Source of the DNA: Candidatus Binatia bacterium
GTDB lineage: Bacteria > Desulfobacterota > Binatia > HRBIN30
Assembly (NCBI GenBank): GCA_038245295.1
Contig: JBBRSP010000017.1
Location: 50,144-114,143, forward strand
DNA: 64,000 nt
Direction of reading: 5' to 3'
The position numbers and the translations under genes were made by a program. Below, one piece after another: positions 55,592-64,000 of the stretch. The notes under the pieces were generated by a model. It made no database searches and had not been told where the DNA came from. It was given only the letters and a program-made list of their open reading frames with translations. Position 1 is the stretch's first letter, and every line of letters begins with the position of its first letter.

Positions 55592-56665
55592 ATGAAGGTG
55601 ATCGACGCCGACGCACACGTCATCGAGGGGCGCGAGTTCATGACCGCCGTCATGGACCGCTTCCCCGATAAGATTCGCTTCAGCCGGCCCGAGGACGGTG
55701 GCACGGCCCTCTACATCGAAGGCCGGGCATACCCGCAATCAACCGGCCCCGGTGCCGGCTGTCGCGCCGAAGAGGGCATGTGTCTGGATCGCGGCGCCAA
55801 CCCGTTCACGATCGAAGGCGTGCTCGCCGATGCCGATCGGGAGGGCATCGATTCGATGGTCTTCTTTCCGAGCGCGGCGCTCGGACTGCCCGGCTTCACC
55901 GACCAGAAGTTCGCCGCCGCCTTCGCCCGCACCTACAATCAATGGATGGCCGACTACTGCGCTACCGGCAAAGGCCGACTGTTCGGCGTCGGTCTAGTGC
56001 CGATTGAGGATGTTGGCGAATCGCTCAAGATCATGGCCGAAGCCAAGCAACTCGGCCTGGTCGCAACGATGGTTCCCGCCGTCTTGCGTGAGCGCAATCT
56101 CGATCACCCCGACCTCGAACCATTCTATGCCGCGGCGGTCGATCTCGACATGCCGCTCGGCATCCACGGGGCGCCCGGCATCCATCTGCCGAAGATCGGT
56201 ACGGAGCGTTTCACCAACTATCTGCAGGTGCATTGCATCAGTTTTCCGTTCGACATGATGGTCGCCTCGACGGCTCTCGTGCTCGGTGGCGTTCTCGAAC
56301 GTCACCCCGGCCTGCGCGTCGCTCTGTTGGAGTCAGGGATCGGTTGGGTGCCGTATTTCATGGAGCGCATGCACGAGCACATCGAAAAGCGTGGGCGCCT
56401 GGCGCCGGAGTGTAAACGCGAGCCGGAAGAGTACATCGCGCGTGGTCAGTTGTGGGTCAGCTGCGAAGCAGAGGAGGCAGCGATCCCGTTTGCGGTGGAG
56501 CAGCTCGGGGACAAGTTTCTGATGTATGCCAGCGACTACCCGCATTGGGACGGCGACTTCCCGTATTCGACCAAACCGCTGCGCGAGCGTACCGACATCG
56601 CCCCCGATGTCAAAGCGCGCATCATGGGCCTCAATGCCGAGGCCTTCTACAAACTCCCGCAATAG
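55592..56665 (+). CDS. Amidohydrolase_2 family metal-dependent hydrolase/decarboxylase
   Basis: IDADAH, YNQW, LESGIGWVP, ASDYPHWD. Confidence 0.9.
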   Translation: MKVIDADAHVIEGREFMTAVMDRFPDKIRFSRPEDGGTALYIEGRAYPQSTGPGAGCRAEEGMCLDRGANPFTIEGVLADADREGIDSMVFFPSAALGLPGFTDQKFAAAFARTYNQWMADYCATGKGRLFGVGLVPIEDVGESLKIMAEAKQLGLVATMVPAVLRERNLDHPDLEPFYAAAVDLDMPLGIHGAPGIHLPKIGTERFTNYLQVHCISFPFDMMVASTALVLGGVLERHPGLRVALLESGIGWVPYFMERMHEHIEKRGRLAPECKREPEEYIARGQLWVSCEAEEAAIPFAVEQLGDKFLMYASDYPHWDGDFPYSTKPLRERTDIAPDVKARIMGLNAEAFYKLPQ

Positions 56666-56679
56666 AGCCGCGGGCGCGC

Positions 56680-58068
56680 ATGAGCCAAGACTGGAAGCGT
56701 TATCCCCACGCGCCAGAGTGGGGCGACCCACGCTGGTTCACCTTCCCCGACTGTGACGGCGAATTGCCGCACATGGGGATGGAAACCTATTTCGTCGACG
56801 GCTTTCTGACCGGCCAGAAGTCCGGCCGCCACTACGCGTTCATGACGATTTTTACCGACATGCGTGTTCTCGGCAAACGCCTGCGCGCCAGCTTCTATAC
56901 CTTCGCTCTCTACGATCTCGACAAACGCCATTACGGCACGTTCACCGAATACGACTTCCCGCGCCCACCGCGTATCCGTCGTCGCCACAAGATTGAGAAT
57001 ACCCCCGGGCATCTCGGGTTGTCTTTCTCAACCGCCCACGGCAAGGCGCGCTGGGAGAATGCCGGGCACGCGGCGGGTGACCTACGACCGTTCGCGTGGC
57101 TCGTCGACCTGTGCGGCCGCGACCACCACGGCGCTGAGATGCGTTTGCAGCTCGACATCGATGCGCAACGGCCGCCGGCGCCGATCGGCGGTGTCGAGCA
57201 GGGTGGTAAGATGATGTTCCTCGGCGCCGAGGAAACCTTCTCATATTACCAGAGCGGACTCGACATGAGCGGCCACCTGCGCTGGGGCGATATCGACGAA
57301 CCGGTCGAGGGCCATGTCGGTTGGATCGATCGACAATGGGCCGAAGCGGATTTCACCAAGCACCAGGACCGCCAGAGCACGCGGTATCGCCACGAGTGGC
57401 GGGTGATGCAGTTCGACAACGGCTGGGACATGAGCTGCTTTCACCAGTACAACCGCCACGCCCACAATATGCTGGTGCCGTGGACCGGCATGTCGGCCCA
57501 GGGACCGGCGCCGGACTTCGAGTTGTGGTCGACACATCGGGTCGAGCTGATGCACCCGGAGTTCATCCGTAGCCCGGGTATCGTGCGTGGCCAGGCGATG
57601 CTGACCGAAGGGCCGCGCTACTTTCCGTATCGCTACCGCATGCTGGTGCCGGAGTGGGATCTCGACGTCAGCAGCGAGCCGTTCATCGAGGCTCCGGCGC
57701 ACCAGTTGCCGATTGAGTATTGGACTGGTCCTGTGAAGATCCGCGGTGTCGTGTTTGGCGAAGAGACCGAGGGGGTTGGCTTCGACGAACGCTGCTGCCC
57801 GCGCCTGCGCGACTTCGAGTTGTCGGCGGCGCTACAGCTGACCATCGAACATGTTCCTGGCCTGGAGGAGGACGAACGGCGGCAACTGGAGCTGCGCGCC
57901 TGGGAGGTCGAAGCCCTGGCGCTGCGCGGCGACCGGCCGGCTGCGGCGCGACATCTCCGGCACTATATTTCGCCGTCGCTGGCCGCGGCGAAGGAGGAAG
58001 TACGAGCGCGCGTTCTTCCCCTTGCCTCAGACCTGTTGGATGTTCTCGAGGGGCGCGCCGCGCGTTGA
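56680..58068 (+). CDS. CrtC/AttH-like double-lipocalin protein with a C-terminal helical extension
   Basis: ETYFVDG, SYYQS, GWIDRQW, HEWRVMQFDNG, YWTGPV. Confidence 0.65.
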   Translation: MSQDWKRYPHAPEWGDPRWFTFPDCDGELPHMGMETYFVDGFLTGQKSGRHYAFMTIFTDMRVLGKRLRASFYTFALYDLDKRHYGTFTEYDFPRPPRIRRRHKIENTPGHLGLSFSTAHGKARWENAGHAAGDLRPFAWLVDLCGRDHHGAEMRLQLDIDAQRPPAPIGGVEQGGKMMFLGAEETFSYYQSGLDMSGHLRWGDIDEPVEGHVGWIDRQWAEADFTKHQDRQSTRYRHEWRVMQFDNGWDMSCFHQYNRHAHNMLVPWTGMSAQGPAPDFELWSTHRVELMHPEFIRSPGIVRGQAMLTEGPRYFPYRYRMLVPEWDLDVSSEPFIEAPAHQLPIEYWTGPVKIRGVVFGEETEGVGFDERCCPRLRDFELSAALQLTIEHVPGLEEDERRQLELRAWEVEALALRGDRPAAARHLRHYISPSLAAAKEEVRARVLPLASDLLDVLEGRAAR

Positions 58069-58102
58069 TCGCGCTGACCTTATTTCAAGAAGGAGAGACG
58101 TG

Positions 58103-58891
58103 ATGATTCTCGATCGTTTCAAACTGACCGACAAGGTTGCCATCGTCACCGGCGCCGGCCGTGGCATCGGCGCCGGCTGTGCCACGGCATTCGCCGAAAT
58201 GGGCGCCCACATCGTGTGTGCGGCGCGTACGCGCGAGCAGATCGAGGCAACCGCAGCGGCGGTGCGCCAGCATGGTCGCCGCGCCCTGGCCGTCGAATGC
58301 GATGTTAACGCCAAGGAGGATCTGGAGAAGGTCGTCGAGGCGACGATGAAAGAGTTCGGCCGCATCGACGTCATCGTCAACAACGCCGGCGGCACGCCGC
58401 CGCAGGAGGCGCTCTATCTGAGTGAGAAGGGCTTCGAAGAGGCCTTTCATTTCAACGTGACGTCGGCGTTCTCGCTGACACGCATGGCGGTGCCGCACAT
58501 GTTGAAAACAGCGGGTGGCGGCTCGGTGGTGAATATCTCGTCGGCGGCGGGACGGTTCCCGCTGGCCGGCTTCGTTGCCTATGGGACGGCGAAGGCGGCT
58601 CTGGCGTTCATGACCCGGATTCTCGGCCAGGAGTTTGCCCCAAAGGTGCGCGTCAACGCCATCGCCGTCGGCGCAACGGAGACGACGGCGCTGGGTATGT
58701 TCCTCAACGATGACCTGCGCAGCAAGATGGAAGCACTGACGCCGATGCGGCGTCTCGGGCAGGTGGAGGATATCGCCCTCGGCGCCCTGTATCTCGCGTC
58801 GCCGGCGTCGAGTTGGGTTACCGGCAAGATTTTCGAGATCGATGGAGGCACGGAAAGCGGCAACTGGCCGTTCGAATCGCCGCATCTGTGA
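58103..58891 (+). CDS. Classical SDR (7-alpha-HSDH-like)
   Basis: TGAGRGIG, NNAGG, YGTAK, VRVNAI; AAGGAG RBS; start 58100 or 58103. Confidence 0.9.
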   Translation: MILDRFKLTDKVAIVTGAGRGIGAGCATAFAEMGAHIVCAARTREQIEATAAAVRQHGRRALAVECDVNAKEDLEKVVEATMKEFGRIDVIVNNAGGTPPQEALYLSEKGFEEAFHFNVTSAFSLTRMAVPHMLKTAGGGSVVNISSAAGRFPLAGFVAYGTAKAALAFMTRILGQEFAPKVRVNAIAVGATETTALGMFLNDDLRSKMEALTPMRRLGQVEDIALGALYLASPASSWVTGKIFEIDGGTESGNWPFESPHL

Positions 58892-59038
58892 CCGGCGGGC
58901 GGGAGTGGGGCCTTTGACAATGCTCCACGTTGTCTCTAGGGTCTCGCGATCTCGTAGAAAGCACGTCGCTTCCCCGGCGCTCCGGAAAACTCGGGGCGTC
59001 TGACGAATCCTGCAAACGACGAGATGAAGGAGGCGGCT

Positions 59039-59386
59039 ATGACGATGGCGGAAATTCAGGCCATGTTGACGACCATGATGCGGACAATCGACAAAAAGAC
59101 TGTCCTTACAGTGGAACAGAGCAAAGATAACACGCGGTCGGCGGTCACAGTTCACCTATCGCGTGATCGGCGCAAGCGTTCCTTCGACCTGGCGGACGCG
59201 GATCTGGTGGCGAGCCAGAACGACCTGATGCGTCGCAGCACAATCCGAACGACCCTCAAGCAGGCGCACGATCGCATGTGGCAGGTGAGCGGGTATATCT
59301 TCAACACCAAGATGGAAGAGCACAAACAAGAGAGCGCCGTATTTCGCCCGATGATGGGCGGCGGCGGTCGCGGCGGTCGCCGCTAG
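59039..59386 (+). CDS. Hypothetical protein with a Gly/Arg tail
   Basis: AAGGAGG RBS, followed by a terminator; ends GGGGRGGRR. Confidence 0.7.
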   Translation: MTMAEIQAMLTTMMRTIDKKTVLTVEQSKDNTRSAVTVHLSRDRRKRSFDLADADLVASQNDLMRRSTIRTTLKQAHDRMWQVSGYIFNTKMEEHKQESAVFRPMMGGGGRGGRR

Positions 59387-59405
59387 ATCTTCGCGCTTTT
59401 AACCT

Positions 59406-59433
59406 AGAAACGCCGCCGCAAGGCGGCGTTTCT
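59406..59433. terminator. Hairpin terminator, possibly bidirectional
   Basis: agaaacgccgcc-gcaa-ggcggcgtttct perfect stem with a GCAA loop, between convergent genes. Confidence 0.8.
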
Positions 59434-59520
59434 GTTTCTGCCACAGGTCTTTCCGCTGTAACCGCAGCGCAGGCTAAATCCGGCGCCCACCATGCTGAAA
59501 TTCGCAGGCGGAATGGAGGC

Positions 59521-59546
59521 GGGTAGGCGCAGGCTCCAGCCTGCGG
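59521..59546. repeat. Single GTAG-type REP
   Basis: gggtaggcgcaggctccagcctgcgg. Confidence 0.75.
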
Positions 59547-59568
59547 TGAGCTGAGACTGATGCGCAAC

Positions 59569-59784
59569 CTAGTCGTTCTCCCAACGTGAGCCGACGACGA
59601 GCAGCCCGAGTAGCGCCACACCGACCACCACAACGAGCAGCGCGCTCGAGATGAAGTACGAATAGATCGACAGGGCAACGCCGATCAGCGTCGGTGCGGC
59701 TTTGTGCTGGCGCCAACCGTAGACGAGGATTGCCGTGCCGAGGAGCGAGAACAGCGACGACCAAAGCAGCCAGGCGGAATCCAT
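59569..59784 (-). CDS. Small membrane protein (about 71 aa)
   Basis: MDSAWLLWSSLFSLLGTAILVYGWRQ...YSYFI; 2-3 TM helices. Confidence 0.7.
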   Translation of the reverse strand: MDSAWLLWSSLFSLLGTAILVYGWRQHKAAPTLIGVALSIYSYFISSALLVVVVGVALLGLLVVGSRWEND

Positions 59785-59795
59785 GAAACCAATGC

Positions 59796-61310
59796 TCAGT
59801 TCGGCGGTTGATGCGCCGGACGCAGAAGGTCGTTGATTGTCTTGACCGGATTGAAGGTCGTCGACGGAACTTCGACGAAAACGGTATTCCAGAAGGCCAT
59901 GGCGCCATTCCACAGGCCGGGATGTTCAATTGCCTTAACGGCGTGGCCATCGATGGACTTCTCGGTGATGAACACGGCGTCGCGGTCGACATACGCATGC
60001 AGGTCAAAACGTTCGCCGCGCCAGTTCTTGAGGCCACAGACAAGATCGACCGGATTGAAGTGTGTGGCAGCGGCGAGGCGCTGTTGTTGCTCGGGCACGG
60101 TCGTGTCGACCTCGGCGCTCTCAACGATCTGCAGCGACAGGCCGCCGTCGCCTGCGCGTACCCAGAAGGGACCACCACCCGGCTCACCTTCATTGCGCAC
60201 CATGCCGCAGACGCGCAGCGGCCGGTCGAGCTTGTCGATGAGGTAGGCACGCACGGGATCGCGATCGGTTGGTTCGAGCGCCGGCGGCAGGACAACGCAC
60301 AACTCGCGCGTCGCAAACTGCAAGGCTTCGTCGATGGCCGCCGGCGGGCAATCCGACGGCACCAGTTGCCTCAGATGCTCGAAGCTGCGGGCCTGGAGCT
60401 CGACAAGGATGGCACCGAGCACTCGTTTCCACGTGAGGGTGGGTTCCTTGAGGTGATCGGGCACGACGTTGTCGATGTTCTTGATGAAGACGATGTCGGC
60501 ATCGAGCGTGTTGAGGTTCTCGATGAGCGCGCCGTGGCCGCCCGGTCGGAAGATCATGCGCCCCTTGGCGTCGCGTAACGGACGATTGTCGAGGTCGACC
60601 GCTACCGTGTCGGTACGCTGAAACTGTTCGGAGAAGCCAACTTGAAATGAGACGTGCAGTGAGGATTCGAGCTGCGGGCGTACCCGAGCCAAAAGTGCCT
60701 CGAAACGTGTCAGGTGCTGCGGTGAGACGGTGAAGTGCAAGCGGCAGACATCGTGCTGATCGCGCGTGTACGCGGCGGCCTCGACGAGATGCTCCTCGAA
60801 GGGTGTACGTGCCGACGTGCCGTAGCGGTGGAACTCGAGCAGACCCTTGGGGAGTGATGGATAGTAGAGCCCGGAAGGGCAGAGCAGTGCATCGAGTTGC
60901 GCACCCTGGGATGGCGGGCCGGCGATCTTGGCCTGCAAGTCGGCGTAGAACGCAAAACGTTCCAGGTTGGCGAAGAACGCAGCGACCGCGGCGTCCGGTG
61001 TGGCGTCCGCCGCGGTCGCGAGTTGGTGGCGGAAGCCGAGGACGGCTTTGAACATACGACTCGCGGCACCGGAGGCCGGAACGAACTTGAGGACATGCCT
61101 CTGCCGCGCCTCGTGGTCGAATGCCTTGGCGTAAGAAGCGACCTGCTCGTCCGTGAGAACGCGGATCCCGTCGTTGAGGGTGCACGGCCGCTCCAGCCGC
61201 CGGCACGCCGGGGGATTCTCGAACTGCGCGATCTGCCGCAGTACCTCGGCCTGGGTGATGCCGAGGCTATCCAGTTGCCGGAGATCTTGCTCGCTCAACG
61301 ATGTGGTCAT
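59796..61310 (-). CDS. DUF4301 family protein
   Basis: KFVPASGAASRMFK, FRPGGHGALIENLN, RVCGMVRNEGEPGGGPFW, THFNPVD, TFNPVKT. Confidence 0.92.
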   Translation of the reverse strand: MTTSLSEQDLRQLDSLGITQAEVLRQIAQFENPPACRRLERPCTLNDGIRVLTDEQVASYAKAFDHEARQRHVLKFVPASGAASRMFKAVLGFRHQLATAADATPDAAVAAFFANLERFAFYADLQAKIAGPPSQGAQLDALLCPSGLYYPSLPKGLLEFHRYGTSARTPFEEHLVEAAAYTRDQHDVCRLHFTVSPQHLTRFEALLARVRPQLESSLHVSFQVGFSEQFQRTDTVAVDLDNRPLRDAKGRMIFRPGGHGALIENLNTLDADIVFIKNIDNVVPDHLKEPTLTWKRVLGAILVELQARSFEHLRQLVPSDCPPAAIDEALQFATRELCVVLPPALEPTDRDPVRAYLIDKLDRPLRVCGMVRNEGEPGGGPFWVRAGDGGLSLQIVESAEVDTTVPEQQQRLAAATHFNPVDLVCGLKNWRGERFDLHAYVDRDAVFITEKSIDGHAVKAIEHPGLWNGAMAFWNTVFVEVPSTTFNPVKTINDLLRPAHQPPN

Positions 61311-61320
61311 CGCTCGCTCG

Positions 61321-61399
61321 CCGCAGGCTGAAGCCTGCGCCTACCATTGTGATTACAGGGCTGAAGAGCAAATCGGTAGGCGCAGGCTTCAGCCTGCGG
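61321..61399. repeat. GTAG-type REP doublet
   Basis: ccgcaggctgaagcctgcgcctacc ... ggtaggcgcaggcttcagcctgcgg. Confidence 0.88.
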
Positions 61400-61441
61400 C
61401 GTGAGTTGGAGCGCTCGTCTCGACGGAGCGGGCATGTAGAC

Positions 61442-63145
61442 TCAGTCGGCCGCACCGCCGGCGACGGCGATGGTCAGCTTGCGGCCCTTGAACTGAATGC
61501 CGTTGAGCTTTTTCAGGACATTGGGGACGCTGTCGTCGGCAACATCGACCAGCGTCTCCTTTTCGAGCAGCTGGATGGCGCCGATGCCCTCACGTCCAAC
61601 CTTGGCGACGCCGGCGATGACACCGACGACATCTCCGGGTCCGATGCCGCGATCCTTGCCGACATTCATCGACAGGCGGGTCATGCCTGGCTCGTGCGAA
61701 GTGACGGAAGCCGGTCCACGCTTGCGCGGCCGCGGACCCTCATCGCGATCGGAGTCGCGCGTTCCGTAATCGCGTGGCCCGGTGTCGCGCCGTTCGTAGG
61801 ACGAGTAGCCACGCGATTGGGGCCGCTCTTCGATGATCTGTTCGGCCTCACGCGCCTTGTCGCCGCCCAGCATGTGCATGAGGGCGCTGGCGATGTCGGT
61901 GGCGGAAAAGTTCTGCTCGAGCAGCTGATCGATGAGCGCGTCCTGACGCTTGTACTCGCCCTTGTCCAAGATTTCGCGCAGCGATTCGAGGAACAGGTTT
62001 GAACGCTTCTCCTCAACCTCCTCGGCCGACGGCACACGCTCGCGGCGGATGCGGCCTTTGGTGAAGCGGATGATCTGCTGCATCTTGTAGATTTCACGTC
62101 CGGCGACGAAGGTGATAGCGCGACCGCTGCGGCCGGCGCGTCCGGTGCGGCCAATGCGGTGCACGTAATCTTCGGCGTCGTGCGGCAGGTCGAAGTTGAA
62201 CACCACTTCGATGTCGTCGACATCGAGTCCGCGGGCCGCGACGTCGGTCGCCACCAGGAACTCAAAGCCGCGGCGGCGGAACTTGGCCATGACACGCTCG
62301 CGTGTCGCCTGCGAGATGCCACCGTGCAGCTTGTCGGCGCTATAGCCGCGCGCCTCCAGATGATCGGCGAGCTCGTCGACCATCATCTTGGTGGCGCAGA
62401 AAATGATGGCGTATTTGATGTCCTGAACGTCGATCAGACGGCACAGGACTTCGAGCTTCGATCGTCGGTCGATCTCGTAGTAGACCTGGTCGATCGCCGG
62501 CACGGTCATCGCCTGCTCTTGGATGCGAATGTTGACCGGGTTGCGGGCGAAGCGCTTGATCAGCTGCGTAATCTGCGCCGGTAGGGTGGCGGAGAAGAAC
62601 ACCGTCTGCCGTTCGGGCGGCGCTTCCTTCAGGATGGTCTCGATGTCTTCGCGGAAGCCCATGTCGAGCATCCGATCGGCTTCATCGAGGATGACCATGC
62701 TGATCTTGCCGAGCTGCAAGGTGCCGCGGCCGAGATGGTCCATTATGCGTCCGGGTGTGCCGATGACGATCTGCGCCCCTTCGCGCAGGCCGCGCAGCTG
62801 GCGGTCGTAGGACTGTCCGCCGTAGATCGGCAACTCGCGCACGCCGCGCTTGAACAGCGCCAGCTTGGCGACTTCCTCGGCGACCTGCATGGCGAGCTCA
62901 CGCGTCGGGCATAGGATCAACACCTGCGGCGCGCGCAGATGGGCATCGACACGTTCGATGGCGGGGATGGCGAAAGCGGCGGTCTTTCCGGAGCCCGTCT
63001 GCGACAGGCCAACGACATCGGCACCGGCGAGTAGCTGGGGAATTGTTTCGGATTGGATCGGCGAAGCCTCTTCGAATCCCATCTTCGCAACGGCCTTGAG
63101 AATCTCGGGGGAAAGGCCGAGCTCAGAGAATGGTTTCTTCTGCAT
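61442..63145 (-). CDS. deaD: DEAD-box RNA helicase with a DbpA-type RNA-binding domain (DeaD/CsdA-like)
   Basis: Q motif, TGSGKT, PTRELA, DEAD, SAT, ARGLD, HRIGRTGRAG, C-terminal NVGKDRGIGPGDVVG. Confidence 0.92.
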   Translation of the reverse strand: MQKKPFSELGLSPEILKAVAKMGFEEASPIQSETIPQLLAGADVVGLSQTGSGKTAAFAIPAIERVDAHLRAPQVLILCPTRELAMQVAEEVAKLALFKRGVRELPIYGGQSYDRQLRGLREGAQIVIGTPGRIMDHLGRGTLQLGKISMVILDEADRMLDMGFREDIETILKEAPPERQTVFFSATLPAQITQLIKRFARNPVNIRIQEQAMTVPAIDQVYYEIDRRSKLEVLCRLIDVQDIKYAIIFCATKMMVDELADHLEARGYSADKLHGGISQATRERVMAKFRRRGFEFLVATDVAARGLDVDDIEVVFNFDLPHDAEDYVHRIGRTGRAGRSGRAITFVAGREIYKMQQIIRFTKGRIRRERVPSAEEVEEKRSNLFLESLREILDKGEYKRQDALIDQLLEQNFSATDIASALMHMLGGDKAREAEQIIEERPQSRGYSSYERRDTGPRDYGTRDSDRDEGPRPRKRGPASVTSHEPGMTRLSMNVGKDRGIGPGDVVGVIAGVAKVGREGIGAIQLLEKETLVDVADDSVPNVLKKLNGIQFKGRKLTIAVAGGAAD

Positions 63146-63255
63146 TGCCCTCTTCTAACGCGGTGCGTGACCAGATGCCATCAGGGGGAGGGTTTGCGAA
63201 TCTGCCAGGTACCGAGCGGGCGTCAATCGGCGGTGTCTGTTTTCCCGAAAGGGGA

Positions 63256-63301
63256 GCTCTTGTTGGACATCCACCCGACGGCTCTTGTTGGACATCCACC
63301 C
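63256..63301. repeat. 21-bp direct repeat with a 25-bp period, upstream of deaD
   Basis: gctcttgttggacatccaccc at 63256-63276 and 63281-63301. Confidence 0.9.
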
Positions 63302-63474
63302 AACGCGACTCGGCGAATGTGCCGTGAGATCAGCGCCTTAAATGAACGCACCGCTCAGCGACTGTCCTTCTTGCCGTTCTTTATCCATGGCAGATTTCGG
63401 CCAGTACGTCGTCGGACGGGGGGCGGCCGACTGCGGCTTCGATTTCATCCAGCGTTGACAGGCCCGGGGCCGGG

Positions 63475-64000
63475 TCAGCGCCGACGGCGGTGCCCTGTGG
63501 GGTGACGCAGAGACTTCAGCTCAGCCTCGAGGATGCTGATCCTCGCCAACGCCGCTTCCTTGGCAGCGCACTCGTGCTCCTTGTCGTCGCGCTCTTGTTC
63601 TTTCGCGGCGCGCTCAGCATTGGCCATCTCTTCGGCCGTCGGAAACAACACGCTAGCGTTTGCGCCCGTCGCGATGCGGACACGTGTGTTGCGCCCGTCA
63701 CCGACGCTGCGTAGCCGGCAGCCGAAAACCTTCGAGCCGACGCGATCCGTTTTGGTCGCCTCGACACGCACCAGGCCACGCTTACCCACCCGGCGGAACA
63801 CCTACCAGCGCACGCCGTCGCGGTGCTCGTCGTACCAAGGATCGAAGACAATCAGCTCACGCACCCCGAGCTCGTCGTAGCGCGGCAGCACACCTTGATA
63901 GTCCTTCTCCCAATCCTGCGACACGATCTCCATGGCAAAGCTCGGCACGACGCGATCAAGCCACAGCTTCCAGGTGCGCACATAGGTGGTCGGATCGATG
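63475..64000 (-). pseudogene. Uma2-family (PD-(D/E)XK) endonuclease, 3' part, with an in-frame TAG
   Basis: Reads ..RTWKLWLDRVVPSFAMEIVSQDWEKDY...YDELGVRELIVFDP...GVRW*VFRR...FPTAEE plus coiled-coil tail; stop at 63802-63804. Confidence 0.78.

Noticed and set aside
63256..63301. Possible mini-CRISPR
   Set aside because: Only two 21-bp repeats with a 4-bp gap, and no cas genes
63802..63804. Pyrrolysine or stop-codon recoding
   Set aside because: TAG terminates many genes normally in this window, no pyl genes are visible, and there is only one instance

Overview
High-GC bacterial chromosomal window with about 58 protein-coding genes. I found no rRNA, tRNA, CRISPR array, transposase or phage genes. 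The Gram-negative envelope genes (OmpA, MCE/PqiC), the large secreted proteins with Cys-rich modules and Thr-Pro linkers, and the dense lipid catabolism suggest an uncultured deltaproteobacteria-like lineage such as Ca. Binatia; this is inference only. Main content: (i) general-stress small proteins (CsbD, DUF3309, YtxH, ElaB-like), SOD, OmpA and a hybrid kinase; (ii) a long + strand lipid/CoA catabolic region (21.5-34 kb: YgfZ, two crotonases, CoA ligase, PhyH, SthA, GST, S1P-lyase-like enzyme, Ltp2/DUF35, P450); (iii) an MlaE-F-D-PqiC transporter; (iv) secreted enzymes (lysyl-oxidase-like, beta-propeller/di-heme cytochrome, alpha/beta hydrolases); (v) DeaD and an interrupted Uma2 gene. The most notable observations are: two stand-alone desulforedoxin-like miniproteins (Cx2Cx15CC) bracketing a crotonase/CoA-ligase/degenerate-crotonase operon; a 27-bp tandem-palindrome operator found four times in a similar promoter context, defining a candidate stress regulon; two MITE families that sit in REP hairpin loops; and a circularly permuted esterase. 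All annotations come from manual motif recognition; no database searches were run.
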